A DNA stretch of 64,000 bases from Anaerolineales bacterium (lineage in GTDB: Bacteria > Chloroflexota > Anaerolineae > Anaerolineales > UBA11579). Shown piece by piece: positions 17,117 through 26,263 of the stretch (within the stretch, counting starts at the first letter, position 1; each line of letters begins with the position of its first letter). The notes under the pieces are model-generated. The model did no database searches and was not told the origin of the DNA. It saw nothing but the letters and a program-made list of their open reading frames with translations. A program made the translations under genes and the position numbers. The stretch covers positions 322,234 to 386,233 of the forward strand of contig JAHCIJ010000002.1 in the NCBI GenBank assembly GCA_026129255.1, in the 5' to 3' direction.

Positions 17117-18118
17117 ATGAAGTTTGCATGGCTTGCTCTGCCCTTGTGCCTGCTGCTGGGCTGTGCTGTGCCGCAGCCCAGCGCCACTGTGCAGCCCAGC
17201 GCCACGGTGGGCGTAGCCCCGCACGTGGAAGAGGCGCCTGCGCCCACCGCCGCGCCAACTGAAGTGCCCACGCCGGCGGTCACCGGGTTGCCCACTACCC
17301 GCGACACCGATCAGCCCTACGCCACCGAGGACCGCTCGGATGACGTAGACGGCTACCAAGTGCACTTCATCTACGCGCTGCCCAGTGACGGCGTCGACGC
17401 TTTTCTGGACATCACCGGCGAGATCGAATTGTCGGCCACTGCCATGAACCATTGGCTGCATACCCAAACCGGCTCTCGCCTGCGCTACGACACCTACGAA
17501 GGCGCGCTGGACATTACCTTCATGCGCCTGCCCTATACCGCCGAGCAGATCAGCGAAGTGCACAGCCGCATCAATGACTTGCTGGAGCACTGGATCAAGA
17601 TCACCGACCTGGCCCAGGAGAACAAGCTTTACGTCGTGCACTACGATGGCTTCTTCGTCACGCCGGAGGGTTACTGCGGCCTGGCGCCGCTGCCGCCGCG
17701 CGGCATTGGCCAAACCGCGGTGCTGTTGCTGCGCGCCTACAATCCCACGCACGATCTGACCTGCCCGCGCAACTTCACTCGCTCCGCCGATTTCACCGGC
17801 TTCTTTGAGGTCACCATCCTGCACGAGGTGCTGCATGCCATCGGTCTGGTGGCCGAGTGCGCCCCGCACGCTGATGGCGGCCACGTCACCGACAATTCGC
17901 AAGATCTCATGTACTTTGCTTACGACGGCAGCTACTCCCCGCTGTTCACCCATTTGGATTACGGCAACGACGATTATTTTGATCACGGGCAGGCGGATTG
18001 CCCAGACCTGGCCCGCTCCGCCTTCCTGGATCCGCTGCCCGCGCAGGCCGAGCTGCCACCGCGCTGGCAAGACAGCCTGCGCAACCTCCCGCCTGACCCT
18101 GTAGGGGGCATGCAATGA
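17117..18118 (+). CDS. Lipoprotein with an HExxH zincin motif (putative metallopeptidase)
   Basis: MKFAWLALPLCLLLGCAV has a lipobox. FEVTILHEVLHAIGLV carries HExxH. No subfamily recognised. Confidence 0.55.
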   Translation: MKFAWLALPLCLLLGCAVPQPSATVQPSATVGVAPHVEEAPAPTAAPTEVPTPAVTGLPTTRDTDQPYATEDRSDDVDGYQVHFIYALPSDGVDAFLDITGEIELSATAMNHWLHTQTGSRLRYDTYEGALDITFMRLPYTAEQISEVHSRINDLLEHWIKITDLAQENKLYVVHYDGFFVTPEGYCGLAPLPPRGIGQTAVLLLRAYNPTHDLTCPRNFTRSADFTGFFEVTILHEVLHAIGLVAECAPHADGGHVTDNSQDLMYFAYDGSYSPLFTHLDYGNDDYFDHGQADCPDLARSAFLDPLPAQAELPPRWQDSLRNLPPDPVGGMQ

Positions 18119-18912
18119 GGCAGGGGCAGCGCGTGTCCAGCACCTGGCTGCTGGTGCTGCCCGGGCTGGCGCTCACCCTCGTGCTGGGGCTGCCGGTGGC
18201 CGCCCTGCTGCTGGAGGGCGTGGATACCCAGCTGCTGGCGCGCCTGGGGCAAGCCCAGGCGCTGGCCGCCCTGCGCCTGAGCCTGAGCACCAGCGTGGTC
18301 TCCACGCTGCTGGCTGTGCTCATGGGTACGCCGCTGGCTTTTGCGCTGGCGCGCTGGCGCTTCCGCGGCCGGGCGCTTATCGAGCTCATGGTGGATCTGC
18401 CCATCGTGCTGCCGCCCTCGGTCGCCGGCCTGGCCTTGCTGCTGGCCTTTGGCCGCCGCGGCCTGCTGGGCGAAAGCCTGACCGCCATGGGCATCAGCCT
18501 GCCCTTTACCACGGCCGCAGTGGTGCTGGCGCAGTTGTTTGTGGCCGCCCCGTTGTTTGTGCGCTCGGCGCGGCTGGGCTTTATCAATGTAGACAAGCAA
18601 CTCGAAGAGTCGGCCATCACCGAGGGCGCTACCCATTGGCAGCTCTTCCGCTATGTGATGGTGCCCACGGCTGGCACCAGCCTGGTCAGTGGCGCGCTGT
18701 TATGCCTGGCGCGCGCGCTGGGCGAGTTTGGCGCCACACTGCTGTTTGCTGGCAATCTCATGGGCCGCACGCAGACCATGCCCCTGGCGATCTATGTGGG
18801 CTTGGAGAGCGACCGCGGCGTGGCGGTGGCTCTCTCGCTGATCCTGCTGGGCGTATCCGCTGTGTTGTTGGCGGTGCTGCGTAGCCTGGAGCGCAATTGG
18901 AAGCTTGGCTAG
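18115..18912 (+). CDS. modB: Molybdate/sulfate-type ABC transporter permease, ModB-like
   Basis: DLPIVLPPSVAGLALLLAFGRRGLLG and LGEFGATLLFAGNLMGRTQTMPLAIY match ModB/CysT signature regions. The ATGA overlaps the upstream gene stop. Confidence 0.75.
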   Translation: MRQGQRVSSTWLLVLPGLALTLVLGLPVAALLLEGVDTQLLARLGQAQALAALRLSLSTSVVSTLLAVLMGTPLAFALARWRFRGRALIELMVDLPIVLPPSVAGLALLLAFGRRGLLGESLTAMGISLPFTTAAVVLAQLFVAAPLFVRSARLGFINVDKQLEESAITEGATHWQLFRYVMVPTAGTSLVSGALLCLARALGEFGATLLFAGNLMGRTQTMPLAIYVGLESDRGVAVALSLILLGVSAVLLAVLRSLERNWKLG

Positions 18913-19050
18913 TGGCCGTTACTTGCAGCACTGTCACTTATGAGGAGCTTGGCTAGTGGCCGTTACTTGCAGCCCCGTCACTTATGAGGAGCCTGGCTAA
19001 TGGCAGTTGTTTGCAGCCTGCTCGTTATATGGGGCCAGGGCTAGTGGCAC
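18904..19050. repeat. 44-bp tandem repeat (2 near-identical copies plus 1-2 degenerate), starting inside the last codons of modB
   Basis: cttggctagtggccgttacttgcagc(a/c)c(t/c)gtcacttatgaggag x2, then ctggctaatggcagttgtttgcagcctgctcgttatatggggccaggg, then ctagtggcacgtgg... Confidence 0.85.
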
Positions 19051-19718
19051 GTGGTCGCTACCTGGGCCGGCTCAAACTGCGCCCTTTGCCGCCCCAGCTA
19101 GCCGAGCGCTACCTACTGGAGTGGCATCCGCGCCTGCTGGCGCTGGAGCCGCAGCGCTTCCCCCCGCTTACTTCGCAGGCTTTGTTCGAGAACGACCTGC
19201 CGCTGGAGGTGGAAATTGGCGCTGGGTCAGGCGAGTACACCTGCAGCCTGGCTGCGGCCGACCCGGCGGCCAACTTCCTGGCCATCGAGATCTCCAACCG
19301 TGCCGCCCAGCGGGCGGCCTGGTTGGCTGCCGAGGCCGAGCTGCCGAATATGAAGGTGCTACGGGCAGATTTCAAGCTGCTCGGCCCCAAGCTGCCTGAG
19401 GCGGGCTGGCGGCGGGTCTATCTGCATTTCCCAGACCCGCAGTTCAAGCCAGCCGACGCCAAACGCATCCTGTTCACCGCTGAGTTTCTGGACGCCATGG
19501 CGCACAGCCTGCCCCCCGGCGGCGAGCTCAGCGTCGTGAGCGACCAGCCGGCCTTCTTTCTGCAGATGCTCGAGCTGGCCGAGGGGGATGCCCGCTTTAC
19601 CAAAACCCATCCCGAACGCTACTTGGAAGGCTTTGAGCCCACCGTAAAGTCACGCTTTCAGCATGTCTGGGAGCGTAAAGGCCGTACGCCCTGCCAGTTT
19701 GTGCTCAAAAGGGTCTAG
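18984..19718 (+). CDS. trmB: tRNA (guanine-N7)-methyltransferase
   Basis: LEVEIGAGSGEYTCSLAAADPAANFLAIEIS...VYLHFPDPQFKPADAKRILFT are TrmB motifs. The true start is probably downstream of 18984, because the 5' part overlaps the tandem repeat. Confidence 0.85.
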   Translation: MRSLANGSCLQPARYMGPGLVARGRYLGRLKLRPLPPQLAERYLLEWHPRLLALEPQRFPPLTSQALFENDLPLEVEIGAGSGEYTCSLAAADPAANFLAIEISNRAAQRAAWLAAEAELPNMKVLRADFKLLGPKLPEAGWRRVYLHFPDPQFKPADAKRILFTAEFLDAMAHSLPPGGELSVVSDQPAFFLQMLELAEGDARFTKTHPERYLEGFEPTVKSRFQHVWERKGRTPCQFVLKRV

Positions 19719-19763
19719 TCTTGCGGGCGTTACGCCCAGTCAGTTTGTGCTCCAAAGGGTCTA
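19681..19763. repeat. Imperfect direct duplication of the last ~38 nt of trmB (including the stop)
   Basis: gccgtacgccctgccagtttgtgctcaaaagggtctag (gene end) versus ggcgttacgcccagtcagtttgtgctccaaagggtctag, 6 nt downstream. Confidence 0.8.
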
Positions 19764-19787
19764 GCCTTTAAGGCGGCTAGAGGCAAC

Positions 19788-19822
19788 AAAAAACAGCGCA
19801 TTTCTGCGCTGTTCTTTGTTTC
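19788..19822. terminator. Intrinsic terminator between convergent genes
   Basis: aacagcgca-tttc-tgcgctgtt flanked by an A-run and a T-rich run. Confidence 0.7.
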
Positions 19823-19840
19823 TCAGTGGTGCAACCGAGG

Positions 19841-20047
19841 CTAGGCCGCCGGCTGGGTCTTCTTCAAAACCGGCAAGCCGGTCTTCATCTCGGCTACTTC
19901 GTAGCCAGAGGGCAGGGCGTCTACTGCACCTTCCTTGACTTCCTTAGAGAAAAAGTACAGGGTGGTCACGCCGCCGCTCTTGTTCGGCCTGGAGCGGGAG
20001 TGCAGATAGTACGTGGTGCCTTTTGAATTCGTAAACGGATACGCCAT
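19841..20047 (-). CDS. Small hypothetical protein (68 aa)
   Basis: AAAGGAGAGG RBS 4 nt before the ATG at 20047. MAYPFTNSKGTTYYLHSRSRPNKSGGVTTLYFFSKEVKEG... Confidence 0.6.
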   Translation of the reverse strand: MAYPFTNSKGTTYYLHSRSRPNKSGGVTTLYFFSKEVKEGAVDALPSGYEVAEMKTGLPVLKKTQPAA

Positions 20048-20193
20048 AGTCCTCTCCTTTATGAGGTGTGGGGATTTGCTGCCGGGCGTATTTTCCCGAA
20101 GCTGGTTAAGTTTAACATTCACACCCTACAGGTGCAAACAAAAATCCCCCCTAAAAAGTAGTACAAATGTTTGACTTTTCAGGGGCGATGTGG

Positions 20194-20724
20194 TTACTCG
20201 GCTTCCTCTTCAGGGGCCAGGATCTCCTCTATACGGGCCACAAAGGCGTCGTGGTCGCCGCTCTCCAGGCCCTCACGGGGGATGTACAGCATCTGGTCAC
20301 TGAGGGTCAGCAGCCAGGTGCTATCACCCCGGTACTGTACCGATTGGATGTGCTCCACCGGCAAGCGCACCTTCTCGCCGCCTTGCTCTACATGCAAGGT
20401 CTTGCCCCGCAGGCTCATGCTCGTAGGGGGCAGGTGGCTGCCGAACAGCCGCTCGCGCCGTAAGTACACCAGGGCGATGTTGAACAGCGGCCCCAACGTG
20501 TAGGCCAGGCCGCGCCAGAAGACGTACAGCCCCAGCAGCACAGCGGGCAGCCGCAGCCACAGGGAGGCCGTGCGGTCAAACACCACAACAATAATGAGAG
20601 AGCCAAGGAACATGACCAGCGGCCCCCCGGCAGCCCGGCGCAGGGTGTTTACGCCGCCAGAGTAGTAGGTGGCCAGGTAGTTGTCCGCAAACTGCGCAAA
20701 GGTGGGTTGGTAGCGTACTTTCAT
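20194..20724 (-). CDS. Membrane protein, YcxB-like (two TM helices plus a soluble C-domain)
   Basis: GPLVMFLGSLIIVVVF and LPAVLLGLYVFWRGLAY are the helices. The family call is tentative. Confidence 0.45.
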   Translation of the reverse strand: MKVRYQPTFAQFADNYLATYYSGGVNTLRRAAGGPLVMFLGSLIIVVVFDRTASLWLRLPAVLLGLYVFWRGLAYTLGPLFNIALVYLRRERLFGSHLPPTSMSLRGKTLHVEQGGEKVRLPVEHIQSVQYRGDSTWLLTLSDQMLYIPREGLESGDHDAFVARIEEILAPEEEAE

Positions 20725-21209
20725 GGGGTGGCTTGCTCCGGCGGCTCAGGGATGCGTACGCCCAGCACCTCGCCACGCGCGGTCTCTACGCCATCCGCCA
20801 GCAGGCGGCAGCGCACGAAGGTTTTGCGCCCTTCGGTGCGCTCGACGACGGCGCGCAGCTCCAGCGGGTGGCCGTTGAGCGGGGTGGGCTTGAGGTAATC
20901 TACCTTGAGCGAGCCGGTGACATAGGTGATCAGCGGCTGGCTGCCGATCTGGCGTCCCTCCTCGCGGTGGGCGTAGGCCATGGCCAGGCCGATGCTGTGG
21001 CAGTCTATCAGGGTAGCGATGATGCCGCCGTTGAGCACGCCCTTGTGCCCGCTGAAGTGCTCCTCAGGCAAGAAGTGCGCCACGGCCTCATCGCCCTCCC
21101 AGTGGCTCTTGATGTGCAGGCCGTGCGCGTTGTTGCGCCCGCAGCCCCAGCAGTCGGCACGGGCATCCAGGTATTGGTCTTGAAAGGGAATTGTGGATAT
21201 GGCAGGCAT
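20721..21209 (-). CDS. PaaI-family (hotdog fold) thioesterase
   Basis: CWGCGRNNAHGLHIK...GHKGVLNGGIIATLIDCHS... fits the PaaI/4HBT pattern. Confidence 0.75.
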   Translation of the reverse strand: MPAISTIPFQDQYLDARADCWGCGRNNAHGLHIKSHWEGDEAVAHFLPEEHFSGHKGVLNGGIIATLIDCHSIGLAMAYAHREEGRQIGSQPLITYVTGSLKVDYLKPTPLNGHPLELRAVVERTEGRKTFVRCRLLADGVETARGEVLGVRIPEPPEQATP

Positions 21210-21232
21210 GCACCTAGTTTAACCGCGTGCAG

Positions 21233-22708
21233 CTAGTGCGGCAAAACTTCGGTGACATCTACGGGGTGGCTACGGTCTTTGATCTGCTGCGGGCCTAGTG
21301 CGCGGGTTTTGAACTGGCCCTGGACCACGGCAGCCGTCTCCGGGCCGAGCAGGATGCGGTTGGGGCGCGCCAGCGCCTCCAGCCCGGCCGCCACGTTCAC
21401 CGCGTCGCCCACCACGGTGAGCTCCACGCGCTCTTTGGTGCTCACATAGCCCGCCAACGTATTGCCGGTGTTGATGCCGATGCCGATATCGATGTTGCGC
21501 TCCGGGCTGCGGTAGCGCCCCTCGACCTGGCGCAGGATCTCCAGCGCCGCCTCGACGGCGCGCGCCTCAGGCTGGCCCTTGCCGCCCATGCCGAATATCG
21601 CCATCACGCCATCGCCCAGGTATTTGTCCAGCAAGCCGCCGTATTGGAAGATGATGTCGGTAATGTCCTGGTAATAGCGTTCGAGCAGCCCGCCAAAGGC
21701 GCGCGCCCCCATGCGCTCGGCCAGCCCGTTGGAACCGGCAATGTCTACAAACAGCACCGTCAGACGCTGCTCGCTCAGCTCAGGCAGATTGCCGGTGTTG
21801 AGGTAGTTGCGCAGCAGGAACTCGGCCTCCACCGGGGCCACGAAGCGCTGCAGCAGTTGGCGGATGCGCTGCTCCTCGCGCACGCGCTCCATCAGGCTGA
21901 CGCGCTCGATGGTCAACGCTGCCAGGTGGCTCACTGCCACCGCCAGCTGCATATCGCGCTGGCCGAAGTAGCGCGTGTCTTTGCGCGTCTTGAACAGGTA
22001 GATGAGGGCGATGGGCTTGTCGTTACTGATGACGGGCACACACAGCACGGTGTGAATGTTAAGCTGGCGCGCCGTGTTCTCCAGCAGACTGCGTGTTTGC
22101 GGTTCCTGGCTGGGCAGCAGGATGGCGCTGCGTTGGTCAATGGCCGTTTGGGCGATGCTGCGCGGGAAGCCCAGCTCCTCCAGCCGCGAGAAATCTTCGG
22201 CCCGGATCACCTCACACTTGTCGGCGCCCAAGGTGACCTTAAGCAGGCGGCTGACCTCTTTGAGGGCTACCTCAATATCCAGAATGTTGTTGAGCTGCTG
22301 AATGACCTCGTACAGTAGGATGGCATGGTTATCAAATGATTCGAGCAGCAGCTCGCGGCTGTAGGGCTGCAGGCCGTTGGCGGCCAGCTCCTGCTCCCGG
22401 CTGGGGGATTGTTGCGTCACCAGCAGCTCGAACAGGCCGATGCGCACCACATCGTTGGGGCTGAGCTTGAAGTCAAAATTCTCGGTCAGGCGGCGGCGGT
22501 TGATGTAGGTGCCATTGCGGCTGCCCAAATCACGGATGGTAAGCGTCTCGGTCTTGTCATCGAGGAAGGCCTGGGCGTGCAGGCGCGAGGCAGCCTCATC
22601 GGAGACAAGGATGTCGTTATCTTGCCGCCGCCCGATGCTGTTGATGCCCGGCTTGAGTAAGTACTCGCTGGGCTTGCTGTCTGGCGAGCGTACCGTGAGG
22701 ATCCACAT
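21233..22708 (-). CDS. FHA-GAF-class III adenylate/guanylate cyclase
   Basis: N-terminal FHA (INSIGRRQDNDILVSDEAASRLHAQ...IRDLGSRNGTYIN), a central GAF-like region, and a C-terminal cyclase (TVLFVDIAGSNGLAE...KYLGDGVMAIFG...GINTGN...GDAVNVAAGLE). Confidence 0.85.
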   Translation of the reverse strand: MWILTVRSPDSKPSEYLLKPGINSIGRRQDNDILVSDEAASRLHAQAFLDDKTETLTIRDLGSRNGTYINRRRLTENFDFKLSPNDVVRIGLFELLVTQQSPSREQELAANGLQPYSRELLLESFDNHAILLYEVIQQLNNILDIEVALKEVSRLLKVTLGADKCEVIRAEDFSRLEELGFPRSIAQTAIDQRSAILLPSQEPQTRSLLENTARQLNIHTVLCVPVISNDKPIALIYLFKTRKDTRYFGQRDMQLAVAVSHLAALTIERVSLMERVREEQRIRQLLQRFVAPVEAEFLLRNYLNTGNLPELSEQRLTVLFVDIAGSNGLAERMGARAFGGLLERYYQDITDIIFQYGGLLDKYLGDGVMAIFGMGGKGQPEARAVEAALEILRQVEGRYRSPERNIDIGIGINTGNTLAGYVSTKERVELTVVGDAVNVAAGLEALARPNRILLGPETAAVVQGQFKTRALGPQQIKDRSHPVDVTEVLPH

Positions 22709-22776
22709 AGGCGAAAGTACTCAACATTCTACGGTCTTCACCAGGGCAATGCAAGCCGTTTGCATATAATGACGCC

Positions 22777-23985
22777 ATGTTGACGCGTCGTGTGATCGTT
22801 TGCCTGTTGTTGGCTGTGCTGCTGGTGGGTTGCAGCCCGCCGCCTGCCGAGCCAGCCGTGTTGCCACCCAGCACACCCGCGCCCAGCCTTGTGCCGCAAC
22901 CCACGCCAACGCTGACGTCCGGCCAGCCGCCGGTGGATGCCTGCCAGCGCCAAACCTTTGCACATCTCGGGCTGGGCTTTCCGCGCTCCGAGCACCGCCT
23001 GCCGTCCCTCGGTGCGGTGCAGGTGGTTGTGCTGTTTGCCGATTATGACGACGCGCCCGCTGCACAAAGCCCGCAAGACCTTTTTGCCATTATTTCGCCG
23101 CAGGCTGAGCAATTCTTTGCCGCGCAGTCTTACGGGCGCTTCACCCTCGAGCTGCAGCCGCACTTCGTTTGGCTGCGGCTCAGCCAGCCCTCCGCGCACT
23201 ACGGCGCCAGCCTGACCAGCTATTTTGAGCATCTCGCCTTCTTGCAAGAAGCGGTAGACCTGGCGGATGCGGAGGTGGACTTCTCGCAAGCCGATGCGGT
23301 GGTGCTGCTCAGCAACCCGGACGCGTACGAGATCATCTATGGGCCAACCTATACAGGGTTCTTGGACTCAGGCCTGACGGCAGACGGCGTCATCATCCCC
23401 AACGGCACAACCTCCGGCCGCGATCTGATCCATTGGGGCTATCTGTGGCTCAACCACGAGATGGGACACAGCCTGGGCTTGCCCGACCTGTACGCCTACG
23501 ACAACGGCGAGCACATCTTCCGTTACAACGGCGGCTACAGCCTGATGGGCAACATCTTTGGCCACGCGCCTGAGCTCACCGCCTACGAGCGCTGGATACT
23601 GGGTTGGCTGGATGATGAGCAGATCTATTGCCTGCCCGCGCATGACACCACACAGCAGACCCTGACTGCGATCGAGACGGCGGGTGGTCTCAAAGCGTTG
23701 GTGGTGGCCCTGGATGAGAGTCGCTCACTGGTGGTGGAGGCACGCCGTGCCCTGGGCTACGACGAGCGGCTGGAGCAGCCAGGCGTGCTGGTCTACGTGG
23801 TGGACGCCAGCATTGCCAGCGGCTACGGGCCGCTGGTGGTGCTGCCGCAAGACGATCCGCTGGACAATGAGCGCTGGCAGGCCACGCTCCAGCGCGGCGA
23901 GACGCTGGAGTTCGAAGGCCTGATCGTGCATGTCGTCGAGAGCGGTGACACCTACGACACGGTCGTGGTGCAGCCTAGCCCTTAG
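22777..23985 (+). CDS. Secreted lipoprotein metallopeptidase, M6 (immune inhibitor A)-like
   Basis: MLTRRVIVCLLLAVLLVGCSP has a lipobox. LNHEMGHSLGLPDLY is an HExxH...LPD motif typical of M6-like peptidases. Confidence 0.65.
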   Translation: MLTRRVIVCLLLAVLLVGCSPPPAEPAVLPPSTPAPSLVPQPTPTLTSGQPPVDACQRQTFAHLGLGFPRSEHRLPSLGAVQVVVLFADYDDAPAAQSPQDLFAIISPQAEQFFAAQSYGRFTLELQPHFVWLRLSQPSAHYGASLTSYFEHLAFLQEAVDLADAEVDFSQADAVVLLSNPDAYEIIYGPTYTGFLDSGLTADGVIIPNGTTSGRDLIHWGYLWLNHEMGHSLGLPDLYAYDNGEHIFRYNGGYSLMGNIFGHAPELTAYERWILGWLDDEQIYCLPAHDTTQQTLTAIETAGGLKALVVALDESRSLVVEARRALGYDERLEQPGVLVYVVDASIASGYGPLVVLPQDDPLDNERWQATLQRGETLEFEGLIVHVVESGDTYDTVVVQPSP

Positions 23986-24190
23986 CGCTTTCCGTGCTGA
24001 GTTGAAACTCCATCACTGTCTCCACCTTCACCACGCGCCCTTGGTGCGCCGCGCAGCTCAGCAGCCATTTGCGCTCCAACTGGCTGGCTTCGATGCGCGT
24101 GGTGGTGCAGCCGCAGGCGTAGTGCTCCACGCGCGTCACCTCAACTTCTACGCTGCCTGCGGACTTGGCTTTCTGCTTTTTGTCCCCCAT
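23975..24190 (-). CDS. Small Cys-containing hypothetical protein (71 aa)
   Basis: MGDKKQKAKSAGSVEVEVTRVEHYACGCTTTRIEASQLERKWLLSCAAHQGRVV... ATG at 24190 is preceded by CAGGGGGAC. It overlaps the 3' end of the upstream ORF by 50 nt. Confidence 0.45.
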   Translation of the reverse strand: MGDKKQKAKSAGSVEVEVTRVEHYACGCTTTRIEASQLERKWLLSCAAHQGRVVKVETVMEFQLSTESAKG

Positions 24191-24563
24191 ACTGTCCCCC
24201 TGTGAGTGTGATCTCGTCACTGCTGCTCAGTGCCCGGCGGCCGATCTCGGTAAGCGGCTCGTATTCCTCCGGGTGCATCGCAGCCAGAATGTCGGCCGCA
24301 AACTCCCCGCGCCAATCAAAACGCGCCACCTTGGCCAGGCGCATCATCAGCAGCGTGTCTGGCAGGTATAGGCGATCCTGCCAGTTCTTGATGCTCTGGT
24401 AGCTCACGCTGCGCCCGATGGGCTGCAGCGCCTCGCTGAGCGCGTGGGCAAAGTCTCGCAAGGTGGCGGGCTTGTAGGACGTGCCCGCCAGGATGCGATA
24501 GTTCTGCACGATCAGTGCAACGGCAGTCTTGCTGCGGTGGGTGGTTTTCAAGATAGCGATCAT
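24141..24563 (-). CDS. Putative HTH DNA-binding protein
   Basis: The segment TLRDFAHALSEALQPIGRSVSYQSIKNWQDRL resembles an XRE-type HTH. The start codon sits inside a palindrome. Confidence 0.45.
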   Translation of the reverse strand: MIAILKTTHRSKTAVALIVQNYRILAGTSYKPATLRDFAHALSEALQPIGRSVSYQSIKNWQDRLYLPDTLLMMRLAKVARFDWRGEFAADILAAMHPEEYEPLTEIGRRALSSSDEITLTGGQYGGQKAESQVRRQRRS

Positions 24564-24582
24564 AGAACGATTGTTCTATGAT
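24559..24582. promoter_or_regulatory. 10-bp inverted repeat overlapping the start codon of the HTH gene (candidate operator)
   Basis: atcatagaac-gatt-gttctatgat. Confidence 0.5.
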
Positions 24583-24670
24583 AATAAAGTGCCTCGCACT
24601 TTTTTACAAGGGGTGTCAAGTCATTGGACAATTTTTGGGCGCCATACCGGCACAGCTATAATGCTGCTGC

Positions 24671-26263
24671 ATGAGCTTTGTCGTCAAATACAAGCGCTGG
24701 CTGACCCTCATCGCGCTGGTGGCGCTGTTCGCTGCCGTGCGGTTGCCCGGGCTGGGGCGCTACGTCACCACAGATGAAGCGCTGTGGTTTTTGCGTTCGG
24801 CCAACTTTTACCTGGCCGTGGAGCGCCAGGATTGGCCTGCCACCTTTCAGTCAGAGCATCCCGGCGTAGTGACCCTGTGGGCTGGCGCCAGCGCATTCTT
24901 GCGGCACACTCCCGATCTGGCGGAGCAGGTGGCAGGCGATGTGCACGACACCACCTTGCTGCAATTGCTGGAAAACCGTGGCCTGAACCCGGCCAACGTG
25001 CTTTCCACGGCACGCACCACGTTGGTGCTGGTGCACGCCGCTGCTTTTGCCCTGCTGGGCATCTTTGCTTTCCGCCAGTTGGCAATGGGGCCAGCCAGTA
25101 TCGGGTTGGCCCTGCTGGCTGCAGCCCCCTTCTTGGCCGCCCATCAGCGTCTGCTGCACCTGGACGGCCTTCTCGCCAGTTTCATGCTGCTGGCTGTGCT
25201 GGCCTATTGGGATTATTGGAATTCTCGCCAACCGCTCAGCCTGCTGGCCTCCGCCCTGGCTGCTGGGTTGGCTTTGTTGACCAAGACCCCCGCCTGGTTC
25301 TTGTTCCCATTCATCTTGTTGCTGACACTGTGGCAGCTGCGCAGCGAGCGCACGGTACGCAGCTGGCTGGCCGGCCTGGCCATCGCTGCCCTATGGGCGC
25401 TGCTGGCGCTCGTGCTCCTTACGGCCGCTTTCCCGGCTATGTGGCTTGCGCCACTGGAAACGGTGGGGCGTATGTTGGGCTATGCCCTCGGCACGGCCCA
25501 GGGCGAATTTAGCGGCCCGGTGTTTTTTAACGGACACATCTACCCGGATGGCGATCTGGGCACGGCGAGCTGGTACTTTTATCCGCTGGCCTACCTCTGG
25601 CGCAGCACGCCACTGACGCTGATCGGTCTCGGTCTGGCTCTCTGGAAATTAAAGCAGGCACCCGCAAGCGTACGCCTGCTGCTTGCGTTTGCACTGGCTT
25701 TCATGCTGTTCATGGGCCTGGCGGATAAACAATTCGATCGTTACCTGCTGCCAGCCATGCCCGCCTTGTTGCTGGCTGCTGGCTGGGGCTGGTGGGCCGC
25801 TGCAGTGGCCTGGCGGCCCCAGCGGCAGTGGGCCATGCTGGCTGCGGTAATTGCCCTGCAACTGGGCAGTGCATTCACCAGTTTTCCGTATTACCTGAGT
25901 TACTACAATTCGGTACTACGCCTGCTCACGCCAGTAGAGCGCCACATGATGATCGGCTGGGGCGAAGGCTTGGATCAGGCCGCCGCCTATCTCAACACGC
26001 ATCCAGGCAGCGTAGCCTCCTGGTATAGCAACAGCTTTAACCTGATGTTCCCGCGCGCGGCCGATGATATTCCCATTGCGCTCGAACTCAGCGAACCACA
26101 GCTGGCCGACCTGCTGGCCCACGATTATCTAGTGATCTATGTGCACCAGTGGCAGCGCCAGACCCCGCAGAATCTACTGGAGGCGTTGGCCGGGCTGCAG
26201 CCGGTGCATACGGTGGTGGTGGATGGAATTGAGTATGTGAGGGTTTATAAGCTTGGGCCATAA
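24671..26263 (+). CDS. Glycosyltransferase family 39-like (ArnT/PMT-type) polytopic membrane protein
   Basis: The 530-aa protein has more than 10 TM helices. The N-terminus ...RLPGLGRYVTTDEALWFLRSANF... is typical of GT-C lipid-carrier-dependent glycosyltransferases. Confidence 0.7.
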   Translation: MSFVVKYKRWLTLIALVALFAAVRLPGLGRYVTTDEALWFLRSANFYLAVERQDWPATFQSEHPGVVTLWAGASAFLRHTPDLAEQVAGDVHDTTLLQLLENRGLNPANVLSTARTTLVLVHAAAFALLGIFAFRQLAMGPASIGLALLAAAPFLAAHQRLLHLDGLLASFMLLAVLAYWDYWNSRQPLSLLASALAAGLALLTKTPAWFLFPFILLLTLWQLRSERTVRSWLAGLAIAALWALLALVLLTAAFPAMWLAPLETVGRMLGYALGTAQGEFSGPVFFNGHIYPDGDLGTASWYFYPLAYLWRSTPLTLIGLGLALWKLKQAPASVRLLLAFALAFMLFMGLADKQFDRYLLPAMPALLLAAGWGWWAAAVAWRPQRQWAMLAAVIALQLGSAFTSFPYYLSYYNSVLRLLTPVERHMMIGWGEGLDQAAAYLNTHPGSVASWYSNSFNLMFPRAADDIPIALELSEPQLADLLAHDYLVIYVHQWQRQTPQNLLEALAGLQPVHTVVVDGIEYVRVYKLGP

